A stretch of DNA of 64,000 nucleotides from Acidobacteriota bacterium (GCA_027307335.1 DAHUXD010000054.1:4611-68610); one strand, 5' to 3'; positions 9,842 through 19,675 are shown, counted from the stretch's first letter. Notes: generated from the sequence alone by a model not told the origin. Numbers and translations are program-made.

Positions 9842-11940
9842 AGTTCTCCCTCGACTGGCTCGACGACTTCGTCGACGTCGAGGCGGCGGGCGGCGTCGAC
9901 GGCGTGCGCCGGCTGCTCGATCGGGCCGGCATCCCCATCGAGTCGGTCGAGCGCCGCGCCGAGGACGCGATCCTCGAGGCGGAGATCACGCCGAATCGCC
10001 CCGACGCGATGGGCCACCGGGGCCTCGCCCGCGAGATCGCGGCGATGGCCGGGCGTCCGATGCGGGAGTTCGCCGCGCGGTACGCCGAGCCCGAAGGGAG
10101 CGGCGATACGACCGAGCAACTGACCTCGATCGTGATCCAAGTCCCGCACCTGTGCCGCCGGTTCGGCGCCCGCCTCGTGCTCGGCACCGAGGGCCGGCCC
10201 GCCACCGAGATCGTGCGGCGCCGCCTGGCGGCGGTCGGTGCCAAGCCGATCTCGGCCGCCGTCGACGCGACCAACTATGCGCTCTGGGACACCGGTCAGC
10301 CGCTCCACGCGTTCGACTTCGACCGGCTCGCCGGAGGACTCCTCATCGTGCGCCGGGCGCGGCGCGGCGAGAGGCTCGTGACGCTCGATGGCGTCGAGCG
10401 CGCGCTCGAGTCCTCGGACATCGTCGTCGCGGACGCGGAGCGGCCCGTCTCGCTCGCGGGCATCATGGGCGGCCTCGACACGGCGGTGACCGACGCCACC
10501 CGCAACGTGCTCCTCGAAGCCGCGTGGTGGGACCCCGCGACGGTGCGGCGCACGGCCCGACGCCTCGGCCTGCACACGGATGCTTCGCATCGTTTCGAGC
10601 GTGGCGCGGACATCGACGCGATCCCCGGGGCGCTCAACCTCGCAGCGCGCCTGCTCCTCGAGGCGGCGGGCGGCGCGGTCGCGCCGGGACTCCTCGACGC
10701 GCAGGGCAAGCTCTTCCGCATCCGCCGGACCGCGCTGCGCCTCTCGCGGCTGCGCCTCCTCTCGGGCGACGAGCGGATCGGGCTCGACTTCGCCGAGGAG
10801 GCGCTCGTGCGCCTCGGGTTCTCCACGGAGCGCAAGGGGCGCCGGATCTCGGTCTCGATCCCGCTCTTCCGCGCCGACGTGCGCCGCGAGGACGACCTCG
10901 TCGAGGAGGTCCTGCGCGTGTGGGGATACGACCGGCTGCCGTCGCGCCTGCCAGCCTCCGCCAGCGCGGGGAGCGTTCAGGAGCCGCTGCGCGAGGTCGA
11001 GGACCGCCTGAGCGACGCGGCCGCCGCGGCGGGGCTCTTCGAGACCGTGAACTATCCATTCGTCGACCGGACCGCCGACGAGGAACTCTGGGCCGACTGG
11101 CTCCGGCTGACCGAGTCGGCGCCGGAGCCGCTGCCGCTCGCCAACCCTCTCGACGCGTCGCGGCGCCACCTGCGCGCGACCCTCCTGCCGGGCCTCCTCG
11201 ACGCGGCGGCCCGCAATCTGCGGCGCGGCGCGAGCGGGGTCGGCCTGTTCGAGGTCGGCCGCTCCTTCGGCGCCGCGGGTCAATCGGACCATCCCGAGTC
11301 TTACGAGTCGCGGCGCTTCGCGTTCGCCCTCGCGGGCGAGCGGCGCTCGCACTGGAGCTTTCCCGAAAAGCTCCGCCCCGCGGACTTCTTCGACGCGCGC
11401 GGCGTCGTCGAGCGGCTGCTCGAGCCCTGGGTCGCTCCGAAGGACCTGCGGTGGAAGCCGGCGCGCGTCGCGGCCTTGACCGAGGGCGCCGGCGCGCTCG
11501 TGCGGACCGCCGCGGGCGAGCTCCTCGGCCTGGCCGGCCTCGTGTCGGGCGCGGAGCGCGAGCGTCGCGGTCTCGCCGTGCCGGTCTTCGCGGGCGAAAT
11601 CCTCGTCGGCGCGATCCCGTCGGGAGCGAAGCCGTTCCACTTCCGCGAGCTCTCCACGATGCCCGCGATCACGGCGGACCTGTCGCTCACGCATCCGATG
11701 GACCTGACCTGGGAGGAGCTCTCGGCGTTCGTCGTCGGCCGCAACCTCGCGCACCTCGAGTCCTTCCACTGCCTCGATCGCTACGAGGGGCCGGGGGTCG
11801 AGGGCGGGAAGATCAAGACGACGATCCGCCTGACATTCCGCGCGGTGGACCGGACGCTCGAGCAGGAGAAGGTCAACTCGGAGGTGCGGCGTCTCGCCGC
11901 GGAGCTTTCGGCCCTGCCGGGGGTCGCGTTCGGAGCATAG
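9838..11940 (+). CDS. pheT: Phenylalanine--tRNA ligase beta subunit (short form lacking the OB-fold tRNA-binding domain)
   Basis: ATG 9838 overlaps the pheS stop. MKFSLDWL, ITPNRPD, GQPLHAFD and DLVEEV motifs, plus a C-terminal FDX-ACB-like domain. Confidence 0.94.
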   Translation: MKFSLDWLDDFVDVEAAGGVDGVRRLLDRAGIPIESVERRAEDAILEAEITPNRPDAMGHRGLAREIAAMAGRPMREFAARYAEPEGSGDTTEQLTSIVIQVPHLCRRFGARLVLGTEGRPATEIVRRRLAAVGAKPISAAVDATNYALWDTGQPLHAFDFDRLAGGLLIVRRARRGERLVTLDGVERALESSDIVVADAERPVSLAGIMGGLDTAVTDATRNVLLEAAWWDPATVRRTARRLGLHTDASHRFERGADIDAIPGALNLAARLLLEAAGGAVAPGLLDAQGKLFRIRRTALRLSRLRLLSGDERIGLDFAEEALVRLGFSTERKGRRISVSIPLFRADVRREDDLVEEVLRVWGYDRLPSRLPASASAGSVQEPLREVEDRLSDAAAAAGLFETVNYPFVDRTADEELWADWLRLTESAPEPLPLANPLDASRRHLRATLLPGLLDAAARNLRRGASGVGLFEVGRSFGAAGQSDHPESYESRRFAFALAGERRSHWSFPEKLRPADFFDARGVVERLLEPWVAPKDLRWKPARVAALTEGAGALVRTAAGELLGLAGLVSGAERERRGLAVPVFAGEILVGAIPSGAKPFHFRELSTMPAITADLSLTHPMDLTWEELSAFVVGRNLAHLESFHCLDRYEGPGVEGGKIKTTIRLTFRAVDRTLEQEKVNSEVRRLAAELSALPGVAFGA

Positions 11941-11977
11941 CCGGAGAAGGACGGGCCCCCGGGCCCGTGGAGGAAGG

Positions 11978-12223
11978 ATGGACACGACCAAGGTCTTCGA
12001 CACGCTGGATCGCAGGATCGAGAGGCTCCTCGGGCGCCTGAAGCAGCTCGAGTCCGAGAACGAGAAGCTGCGCGGCGACCTCGCCGCCGCGCGCAAGGCG
12101 GAGAAGGATGCGGGCGAGTCCCGCGGCACGGTCGAGCGGCTCGAGCGCGAGCAGGAAGTCGTGCGCGAGCGGCTCGAAAAGCTCATCCGCTCCCTCGAGG
12201 CGGCCGAGGAAAAGAAGTCTTAG
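11978..12223 (+). CDS. zapB: Coiled-coil cell division protein, ZapB-like
   Basis: 81-aa heptad-rich coiled coil in pheT-zapB-zapA synteny. Confidence 0.65.
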   Translation: MDTTKVFDTLDRRIERLLGRLKQLESENEKLRGDLAAARKAEKDAGESRGTVERLEREQEVVRERLEKLIRSLEAAEEKKS

Positions 12224-12248
12224 TGCCTCCGTTACTTAGAGTTAGACG

Positions 12249-12278
12249 TTGACTCGATCCGGCGGCGCACCTTAGACT
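12249..12278 (+). promoter_or_regulatory. Sigma-70-type promoter for zapA-rny-ymdB
   Basis: TTGACT (12249-12254), 18-nt spacer, TAGACT (12273-12278). Confidence 0.7.
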
Positions 12279-12307
12279 CGCGCGGGAAAGGAGTCAGCAT
12301 CTCGTCT

Positions 12308-12601
12308 TTGGACAAGCGGGGCAGTGTGACCCAGGTCGAGATCTTCGGGCAGACGTACAGCGTCCGCGCCGAGGGGGACAGTGGCTACATCCACGACCTG
12401 GCCCGCTTCGTCGATTCCCGAATGAAAGAAGTGGCGGAACGGACGGCGACGGTCGACACCACGAAGATTGCGATTCTCGCCGCCCTCAACATTACGGACG
12501 ATCTTTACCAGGCGGAAAAACGTCGGCAGGGCGACCCTACGGATGCGAAGGCCCGTGCGGAGCGCCTGATTCGAAAACTGGACGACGCCCTGGGCGCCTG
12601 A
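12308..12601 (+). CDS. zapA: Cell division protein ZapA
   Basis: VEIFGQTY, YIHDLARFVD.RM and AILAALNI motifs; TTG start. Confidence 0.9.
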   Translation: MDKRGSVTQVEIFGQTYSVRAEGDSGYIHDLARFVDSRMKEVAERTATVDTTKIAILAALNITDDLYQAEKRRQGDPTDAKARAERLIRKLDDALGA

Positions 12602-12602
12602 A

Positions 12603-12765
12603 GGCGAAGCGTCGGCACCCCGAGCAATCGGGGACACACGATCGGAAAAAGCATTGGTCCTGAGTCAGGTCCCGGTCCCGGAGGTCCCTAAACTTCGCCG
12701 GAACAGCCGGTTCCGGTCCATCGTGTAGCCGCATCTCCATCCGGCGCCCCCGGGCATTGGGGGGG
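12603..12765 (+). ncRNA. Candidate structured RNA at the canonical 6S RNA (ssrS) position between zapA and rny
   Basis: zapA-[RNA]-rny synteny and several complementary segments (see findings). The fold does not clearly match the 6S rod. Confidence 0.45.
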
Positions 12766-12768
12766 CGA

Positions 12769-14337
12769 ATGAACACAACTCTCGCGACCGCGATCGCGGC
12801 CGGCCTCGTGCTGGCGGCGATCCTGCTCGCCGTCGGCTGGCTCCTCTTGAAGAAGAGGGTCGAGCGCGAGCGCCAGGGGATCCGCACCGAGGCCGACCGG
12901 GCCCTCGCCGAGGCGAAGAAGCAGGCCGAGTCGAAAGTCCGCGAGGCCGACATCGAGGCGAAGGAGAAGGTCCTCGCGGCCCGGGTCGAGTTCGACAAGA
13001 CCGTTCAGGCCCGGCGGCAGGAGATCGCCGGGCTCGAGAAGCGGGTCCAGCAGAAGGAGGAGAACCTCGACCGCAAGCTCGCCCAGCAGGAGCGGCGCGA
13101 GGAGGAGTACGGCCGCAAGGAGAAGGCCATCGCCGACCAGCAGAAGAAGCTGGAGGACAAGCAGGCGGAGATCGAGCTCGTCGTCGAGGAGCAGAAGAGG
13201 CGCCTCGAGCAGATCTCCGGGCTGACGGCGGTCGACGCGAAACGGGACCTCGTCAAGTCGGTCGAGAACGAGGCGCGGCTCGAGGCCGCCGGCCTGATCC
13301 GGCGCATCGAGGAGGAGGCGAACGAGCAGGCGACGCAGAAGGCCCGCCGGATCATCGGCATGGCCATCCAGCGCCTCGCCTCGGACACGGTGGTCGAGGC
13401 GACCGTGTCCGTCGTGGAGCTTCCCTCCGACGACCTGAAGGGACGGATCATCGGCCGCGAGGGCCGCAACATCCGCGCGCTCGAGGCGGCGACCGGCGTC
13501 GACCTGATCATCGACGACACGCCGGAGGCGATCGTCATCTCCGCGTTCGAGCCCCTGCGCCGCGAGGTCGCGCGCCACGCGCTCGAGAAGCTGATCGTGG
13601 ACGGCCGCATCCACCCGGCCCGCATCGAGGAAATCGTCGAGAAGGTCCGCTCCGAGCTCTGGGAAAGGATCCGCCAGGAGGGCGAGGCGACGGCCCTCGA
13701 GTTCGGGATCTCGGACCTTCACCCCGAGCTCATCAAGATGCTGGGCCGCCTGAAGTACCGCACGTCGTACGGCCAGAACGTGCTCCAGCACTCGAAGGAG
13801 GTCGGCTGGCTCGCCATGAACATGGCGGCGGAGCTCGGCGCCGACGTCGAGGTCGTGCGGCGCGCGGGGCTCCTCCACGACATCGGCAAGGCGATCGACC
13901 GCGAGATGGAGGGCACCCACCTCGAGCTCGGCCGCGAGGTGCTGAAGAAGTTCGGCGAGTCGAACGAAGTGATCCACGCGATGGAGTGCCACCACGGCGA
14001 CTACGAGCCGCGCTCGCTCGAGGCGGTGCTCGTCAACGGCGCCGACGCGCTGTCGGCGGCGCGGCCCGGTGCGCGGCGCGAGATCCTGGAGACCTACGTC
14101 AAGCGGCTCGAGAAGCTCGAGCACATCGCCGACGGCTTCAAGGGCGTGCAGAAATCGTTCGCGATCCAGGCGGGGCGCGAGCTCCGCATCGTCGTCGAGG
14201 CGAACCGCGTCTCGGACGACGAGGCGCTGTGGCTCTCCCGCGACGTCGCGAAGAAGATCGAGGCGGAGCTGCAGTACCCGGGTCAGATCAAGGTGACGGT
14301 GATCCGCGAGACGCGGGCGGTCGAGTACGCGCGCTAG
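12769..14337 (+). CDS. rny: Ribonuclease Y
   Basis: N-terminal TM anchor, coiled coil, KH domain ([13 protein letters not shown]) and HD domain (LLHDIGK). Confidence 0.97.
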   Translation: MNTTLATAIAAGLVLAAILLAVGWLLLKKRVERERQGIRTEADRALAEAKKQAESKVREADIEAKEKVLAARVEFDKTVQARRQEIAGLEKRVQQKEENLDRKLAQQERREEEYGRKEKAIADQQKKLEDKQAEIELVVEEQKRRLEQISGLTAVDAKRDLVKSVENEARLEAAGLIRRIEEEANEQATQKARRIIGMAIQRLASDTVVEATVSVVELPSDDLKGRIIGREGRNIRALEAATGVDLIIDDTPEAIVISAFEPLRREVARHALEKLIVDGRIHPARIEEIVEKVRSELWERIRQEGEATALEFGISDLHPELIKMLGRLKYRTSYGQNVLQHSKEVGWLAMNMAAELGADVEVVRRAGLLHDIGKAIDREMEGTHLELGREVLKKFGESNEVIHAMECHHGDYEPRSLEAVLVNGADALSAARPGARREILETYVKRLEKLEHIADGFKGVQKSFAIQAGRELRIVVEANRVSDDEALWLSRDVAKKIEAELQYPGQIKVTVIRETRAVEYAR

Positions 14338-15120
14338 ATGAACATCCTGTTCGTCGGCGACGTCGTGGGCGCCCCCGGAAGGCGCGCCCTCGTGGAGGGC
14401 CTCGAGGGGGTCATCGACCGGCACCGGATCGACTTCACGATCGTCAACATCGAGAACGCCGCGGGCGGCTTCGGCCTGACGAACGAGCTGTTCGACGAGA
14501 TGTCGAAGATGCCGATCGACGTGTTCTCGTCCGGCAACCACATCTGGGACAAGAAGGAGATCTACGACGCGCTGAACGCGTCGGACCGCCTCCTCCGGCC
14601 GGCGAACTACCCGCCCGGGAATCCCGGCCGCGGGTGGACGGTCCAGAAGACGGCCGCGGGGATCCCGGTGGGCGTGCTGAACCTGCAGGGCCAGGTCTTC
14701 ATGCCGGCCCACGCGGACTCGCCCTTCCGGATCGCCGACGAGGAGCTCGCCCGCGCCGGCGACGTGAAGGTCGTCGTGGTCGACATGCACGCCGAGGCGA
14801 CGTCGGAGAAGGCCGCCATCAGCTGGTACCTCGACGGCCGCGTGTCGGCGGTCCTCGGCACGCACACGCACGTGCCCACGGCGGACGAGACGATCCGCCC
14901 CGGTGGAAGCGCGTACCTGTCGGACGTCGGCATGACCGGCGCGTACGAGGGGATCATCGGTTTCTCGAAGGACCGCATCATCGAGAAGTTCCTGTCCCAG
15001 ACGCCGCGCGCGTTCGAGACGGCGAAGAAGGACATCCGGCTGTCGGGCGCCGTTCTCGACGTCGACGAGGCGACCGGCCGCGCGCGGAAGATCGAGCGCG
15101 TGCAGGTGAGGGTGGACTAG
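14338..15120 (+). CDS. ymdB: YmdB-like metallophosphoesterase (TIGR00282)
   Basis: GDVVG, NIENAAGG, GNHIWD, DMHAEATSEK and GTHTHV motifs; follows rny. Confidence 0.93.
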   Translation: MNILFVGDVVGAPGRRALVEGLEGVIDRHRIDFTIVNIENAAGGFGLTNELFDEMSKMPIDVFSSGNHIWDKKEIYDALNASDRLLRPANYPPGNPGRGWTVQKTAAGIPVGVLNLQGQVFMPAHADSPFRIADEELARAGDVKVVVVDMHAEATSEKAAISWYLDGRVSAVLGTHTHVPTADETIRPGGSAYLSDVGMTGAYEGIIGFSKDRIIEKFLSQTPRAFETAKKDIRLSGAVLDVDEATGRARKIERVQVRVD

Positions 15121-15129
15121 GAACCGTCC

Positions 15130-16020
15130 GTGACCGCCGATTCCGGCGCTCCCGCCGTTTCCGCCGCGGGATCCGTGCCCGCCCGCTCCTCCCCGGCGAC
15201 CCGCCCCGCCTTGACCGCGATCATCACCACGTTCAACGAAGAGGACAACATCCTCAAGTGCCTCGAGAGCGTGGCGTTCGCGGACGAGGTCCTGCTCATC
15301 GACTCGTTCTCGACCGACCGCACCATCGAGATCGCTCGCGCGGTGCCGGGAGTCCGGATCGTCCAGCGCGAGTACTTCGGCTCCGCCGCCCAGAAGAACT
15401 GGGCGATGGACCAGATCACGACGCCGTGGCTCCTCATCGTGGACGCGGACGAGCGGATCCCGGAGCGCCTCTCGCGAGAGATCCTCTCGCTGCTCGAGCG
15501 CGGGCCGGAGGAGGACCATTACTACATCCGCCGGGAGAACGTCTTCGTCGACCGGGTCATCCGGCATTCGGGGTGGTCGACCGACAAGGTCGTGCGGCTC
15601 ATGCGCCGCGGCACGGCGCGCTACCCGAACCGGCGCGTGCACGCCGACCTCGACGCGCAGGGGCCGACGCCGACGTTGCTCGCGCCGATGGTCCACTACA
15701 CGTGCCGCTCGCTCGACCAGTACCTCGAGAAGCTCCATCGCTACGCGACGTGGGGCGCCGCGGACGCCTTCCGGCATGGCCGCCGGGCAGGGGTCACCGA
15801 GCTCCTGTTCCGCCCGTTCTGGCGCTTCGTGCGCATGTACGTGATCCAGGGCGGCTTCCTCGACGGCCGGCACGGCCTCGTCCTCTGCGGCCTGCAGGCG
15901 TGGAGCGTCTTCCTGAAGTGGTCGAAGGTGTGGGAGTGGCACCGATTCCGCAAGAACGGCTGGCCGGTCGACCTTCCCGCGTATGATGAGGCCCCCGAGA
16001 CCTGGGAAGGACGCGGATGA
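15130..16020 (+). CDS. Glycosyltransferase family 2 (LPS beta-glucosyltransferase WaaE/LgtF-like)
   Basis: TFNEEDNI..CLES, DSFSTDRT, VDADE (DxD) and GGFLDG motifs. Confidence 0.88.
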   Translation: MTADSGAPAVSAAGSVPARSSPATRPALTAIITTFNEEDNILKCLESVAFADEVLLIDSFSTDRTIEIARAVPGVRIVQREYFGSAAQKNWAMDQITTPWLLIVDADERIPERLSREILSLLERGPEEDHYYIRRENVFVDRVIRHSGWSTDKVVRLMRRGTARYPNRRVHADLDAQGPTPTLLAPMVHYTCRSLDQYLEKLHRYATWGAADAFRHGRRAGVTELLFRPFWRFVRMYVIQGGFLDGRHGLVLCGLQAWSVFLKWSKVWEWHRFRKNGWPVDLPAYDEAPETWEGRG

Positions 16021-16055
16021 TCGGGGTCCTGAAGCTGCTGCTGCGGAGGCCCAAG

Positions 16056-16493
16056 ATGCTCGCCGTCGGAAATCCGGCCCCCTCGTTCGACGTCCTCGAT
16101 CACAACGGCGCGCGCCGCCGCCTCTCGGACTACCGGGGAAAGAACGTCGTCCTCTGGTTCTACCCGAAGGCCGACACTCCCGGTTGAACGGCCGAGGGTT
16201 GCGGGTTCCGCGACCTCTATTCGGAGTTCCAGAAGAAGAACACCGAGATCCTGGGCGTCTCCTTCGACACCGTCGAGGAGAACGCCGCCTTCGCGAAGAA
16301 GTTCGACTATCCCTTCCCGCTCCTCTGCGACGTGCAGCGGGAGATCGGGATGGCCTACGGCGCGTGCGACGACCCGAAGGCGCAGTACGCGAGCCGGATC
16401 ACGTACGTCATCGGCCCGGACGGAAAGATCGCGCAGGCGCACCCGAAACTCACGCCGAAGACGCATCCGAAGGAGATCCTGGCGAGCTTGTAG
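16056..16493 (+). CDS. Predicted selenocysteine-containing peroxiredoxin (BCP/PrxQ), in-frame UGA at 16185-16187; not in the ORF track
   Basis: GGAGG SD at 16045-16049. Reads MLAVGNPAPSF...VVLWFYPKADTPG-[TGA]-TAEGCGFRD...ILGVSFD...FPLLCD...RITYVIGPDGKI to TAG 16491-16493. SECIS-like hairpin at 16194-16217. Alternative in-frame ATG at 16017. Confidence 0.88.
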
Positions 16494-16530
16494 ACCACGC
16501 GCCGGTATACTCCGACGCCGGAGGTCAACG

Positions 16531-16785
16531 ATGGCGGTCGATCCGGAGCTTCTGGCGATTCTCGTGTGCCCCAAGACCAAGGGGCCGCTCGAGCTCGTCG
16601 ATCTTCCCGAGGCGACCCGCAAGACCCTCGTCGAGAAGTACCGGGAGAAGTTCCGGGACGAGGAGCCGGTCGTGACGCAGGGGCTCTACTCGAAGCAGGC
16701 CGATCTCGTCTATCCGATCGTGTCGGACATTCCCGTGATGCTGATCGACGAGGCGCTGCCGGGGGCGGAGGCCGGGAAGCGGTAG
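16531..16785 (+). CDS. Trm112/YcaR-like small protein with internal insertion
   Basis: LLAILVCPKTKGPL ... YPIVSDIPVML.DEA termini. Confidence 0.8.
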   Translation: MAVDPELLAILVCPKTKGPLELVDLPEATRKTLVEKYREKFRDEEPVVTQGLYSKQADLVYPIVSDIPVMLIDEALPGAEAGKR

Positions 16786-16805
16786 GAACGCCGGGACGGA
16801 GGAAG

Positions 16806-16826
16806 GCAGACCGCAGACGGCAGACG
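16806..16826. repeat. Heptamer tandem repeat GCAGAC[C/G] x3
   Basis: GCAGACC GCAGACG GCAGACG, the same unit as at 8756-8783. Confidence 0.55.
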
Positions 16827-16828
16827 CG

Positions 16829-17992
16829 ATGAGGGGCCGATCGCTCGCATTCGGCTTGCTCTGTCTCTTCGCGTGCCTGACTCCATTCATCGCACCGGCG
16901 TACATCGTCACCGGGCCGCTCCTCCTCGCCTGGATCCTCGAGCTCCGCCGCGAGCCGGGCCGCCGCGACTGCTTCCGCGGGCTGTTCGTCTTTCTCTTCC
17001 TCGTGCTCGCGCTCCTCACGATCGGCTCGGCCGTGTTCTCCCGGGACCCCGCCGCGAGCGCGCGGCATCTCGGCGGACTCGGCCTCTTCCTGCTCGTGCC
17101 CGCCACGATCGACCTCGTCGATTCGCCCGAGCGCGGCCGCGCCGTCGTGCTGTCGTTCGCGGCGAGCGCGGTCCTCCTCTCGGTATACGGCGTCTGGCAG
17201 TTCTTTCACGGCGGCGACGACCTCCACGCGCGGATCCGCAGCACGCTTTCCCACTACATGACGTTCTCGGGCCTCGCCGTGCTCGCGGGCTGCCTGCTGC
17301 TCGGCTTCGGCTTCGAGGCTCGCGGGCGGGCGCGGCTTCTCGGCGCGCTCGCTCTGGTGCCGCTCGGCGCGGTGCTCCTGACCTTCACCCGCAACGCGTA
17401 CGTCGGGCTCGTCGCGGCGCTCGTGCTCTTCGCGGCGGTCCGGCGGCCGGCGCTGCTCCTGCCGATCGCCGCGGTCCTCGTCGCCGTCTATCTCCTCGCG
17501 CCGCCCGGCATCCGCGACCGCATCCGGTCGACCGCGGACCTCTCGGACCCGACGAACCGGGACCGGATCGCGATGGCGAAGGCCGGGTGGCGCATGGTGC
17601 GGGAGAACCCGGTCTTCGGCCTCGGCAACGACATGGTCCAGCCCTACTACCCGCTCTACCGCGAGCCCGGGGCGCCGCGCTGGAACGTCCCTCACCTCCA
17701 CGACAACGTCATCCAGCTCGCGGCGGCGAACGGGCCCTTCGCCGCCGCGGCCTACGTCGCGATCGTGCTGTTCTTCCTCGCCCGCGCGATCGCCCTCGTG
17801 CGCCGGCGCGATGCGCCGGACCGCGCGAGTCTCTGGGCGGGAGCGCTGCTCGCCGGGGCGGCCATCTCGGTGGCCGGCCTCTTCGAATACAACTTCGGCG
17901 ACACCGAGGTCGAGATGGCGACGCTCATCGTGCTCGCGCTCCCGTTCTCGCGGGCGACGGGCGCGCTCGGCCCAGCCGGGCCTCCGGGCTAG
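16829..17992 (+). CDS. O-antigen ligase (Wzy_C/WaaL) family membrane protein
   Basis: Multi-TM protein with TFTRNA, PVFGLG and HLHDN motifs. Confidence 0.85.
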   Translation: MRGRSLAFGLLCLFACLTPFIAPAYIVTGPLLLAWILELRREPGRRDCFRGLFVFLFLVLALLTIGSAVFSRDPAASARHLGGLGLFLLVPATIDLVDSPERGRAVVLSFAASAVLLSVYGVWQFFHGGDDLHARIRSTLSHYMTFSGLAVLAGCLLLGFGFEARGRARLLGALALVPLGAVLLTFTRNAYVGLVAALVLFAAVRRPALLLPIAAVLVAVYLLAPPGIRDRIRSTADLSDPTNRDRIAMAKAGWRMVRENPVFGLGNDMVQPYYPLYREPGAPRWNVPHLHDNVIQLAAANGPFAAAAYVAIVLFFLARAIALVRRRDAPDRASLWAGALLAGAAISVAGLFEYNFGDTEVEMATLIVLALPFSRATGALGPAGPPG

Positions 17993-18002
17993 AATCGCAC
18001 GG

Positions 18003-19406
18003 ATGTACCCGCGCCCCGTTCCCGCCGCCGCGCCGCCGCGGCCGTACACGGTCACCGAGCTGCTCGCTGAGGTCGGATCGGTGATGCGCACCACGTGGCG
18101 GGACGTGGCGGTCGTCGGCGAGGTGGCCCGATTCGACGAGCGCGGCGGCCACGGCTACTTCGTGCTGAAGGATAAGACGGCCTCGCTCTCCGGCATCATC
18201 TTCGCCACGGAGCTGCGCCGCGTGCCGTTCCGCATCGAGCCGGGCCTCGAGGTCGTCGTGCGGGGCAGCCTCGACCTCTACGCGCCGCAGGGCCGGTTCC
18301 AGATCAAGGCGTTCGCGGTCGAGCCGGTCGGCCGCGGCGCGCTGCAGCTCGCGTTCGAGCAGCTCAAGGCGCGCCTGGAGGCGGAGGGCCTCTTCGCCCC
18401 CGAGCGCAAGCGGCCGATCCCGAAGCTGCCGCGGCGGATCGCGGTCGTGACGTCGCCGACGGGCGCCGTCCTGCGCGACATCCTGCACGTGCTCTCGCGG
18501 CGCTTCGACGGCCTCGCGGTCACCGTCTATCCCGTGCGGGTCCAGGGAGAGCTCGCGGCCGCGGAGATCGTGAGCGCGCTCGCGCACCTCGGCCGCCGCG
18601 GCGGATTCGACGTCCTCATCCTGGCTCGCGGCGGCGGATCGCCGGAGGACCTCGCGCCTTTCAACGACGAGAGGGTGGCGAGGGCGCTCGCGCGCTCGCC
18701 GATCCCGACGATCTCGGGCGTGGGCCACGAGACCGACGTGAAGATCGCCGACCTCGTCGCGGACCTGCGCGCTCCGACGCCGTCGGCCGCGGCCGAGCTG
18801 GTCGTCGCCTGCAAGGAGGACGTCCTGCGGCGGCTCTCGGCCGGCCGGGGGCGCGTGCTCCGGGCGATGCGGGCGCGTCTGGGCCTCGAGCGGGCGCACC
18901 TGACGGCCCGCGTCCGGGCGGAGGCGCTCGTCGGCTTCCGCCGGCGGCTCGCGCGGCGCCGCGAGGCGGTCGCCCAGAGCCGCGACGCGCTGGTGACCTT
19001 CCTCCGGCGCCGCCCCGCGGAATACGCCGCGCGCATCGGGGCCGCGCGGGAGAGCCTCGAGGACTTCGTGCACACCGCCGAGCTGCCGCGCCGCCGCGAC
19101 CGGGTGGCGGGCCTGCGAGCGCTCCTCGAACAGAAGACGTGTCGGCAGCTCGACCGGCGCCGCGCCTCGCTCGAGGGCTGCGCGAGCCGCCTGCAGGCGC
19201 TCTCGCCGCTCGCCGTGCTCGCCCGCGGGTACGCCGTCGCGTTCCGCGAGAAGCGGCGCGCGCCGCTGACGTCGGCGGCCGAGGTCGCGGTCGGCGATCG
19301 CATCCGCATCCGGCTGCACCAGGGAGAGATCGGCGCCATCGTGCGCGAGGGCGGCAGGAAGCTCGACCCGGGGCCGCTCTTCGCCGATCGCGAGGAGGGG
19401 GAGTGA
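18003..19406 (+). CDS. xseA: Exodeoxyribonuclease VII large subunit
   Basis: GHGYFVLKD, VTSPTGA, RGGGSPEDL, GVGHETD and RAPTPSAAAE motifs. Confidence 0.95.
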   Translation: MYPRPVPAAAPPRPYTVTELLAEVGSVMRTTWRDVAVVGEVARFDERGGHGYFVLKDKTASLSGIIFATELRRVPFRIEPGLEVVVRGSLDLYAPQGRFQIKAFAVEPVGRGALQLAFEQLKARLEAEGLFAPERKRPIPKLPRRIAVVTSPTGAVLRDILHVLSRRFDGLAVTVYPVRVQGELAAAEIVSALAHLGRRGGFDVLILARGGGSPEDLAPFNDERVARALARSPIPTISGVGHETDVKIADLVADLRAPTPSAAAELVVACKEDVLRRLSAGRGRVLRAMRARLGLERAHLTARVRAEALVGFRRRLARRREAVAQSRDALVTFLRRRPAEYAARIGAARESLEDFVHTAELPRRRDRVAGLRALLEQKTCRQLDRRRASLEGCASRLQALSPLAVLARGYAVAFREKRRAPLTSAAEVAVGDRIRIRLHQGEIGAIVREGGRKLDPGPLFADREEGE

Positions 19407-19414
19407 CGGTCCGC

Positions 19415-19675
19415 ATGAAGAAGGAGAAGAGCTTCGAGGAGGCGATGGAGCGGCTGGAGGCCATCGTGGCCGAGCTGGAGGGCGAGGACCGGGGCCTCGA
19501 GGAGCAGTTCGCGCTCTTCCAGGAGGGCATGGAGCTCGCGCGGCTGTGCGACAAGAAACTCGGCGAGGTCGAGAAGTCCGTCGAGATCGTGCTGAAGGAC
19601 GCCGCCGGGGAGTGGAAGACGGCGCCGTTCGACCCGGGCCGCGCCGCCGAGGACGAGGATGCCGACCGGGGCTGA
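19415..19675 (+). CDS. xseB: Exodeoxyribonuclease VII small subunit (alternative GTG start at 19403)
   Basis: SFEEAMERLEAIVAELE...LEE...FQEG motif. Confidence 0.92.
   Translation: MKKEKSFEEAMERLEAIVAELEGEDRGLEEQFALFQEGMELARLCDKKLGEVEKSVEIVLKDAAGEWKTAPFDPGRAAEDEDADRG

Noticed and set aside
12603..12726. HDV-like ribozyme (crossing P1/P2 helices plus a P4-like hairpin)
   Set aside because: About 50 nt separate the putative P2 5' strand and P1 3' strand instead of a compact P3/L3, and the C-x-A-A type J4/2 is missing. Kept only as an unclassified structured RNA.
5490..15942. Long antisense ORFs (5490-7742, 7847-9676, 9391-12186, 12688-15942) and similar ones throughout the window
   Set aside because: Shadow ORFs expected from high-GC codon bias opposite well-supported genes; no recognisable motifs.
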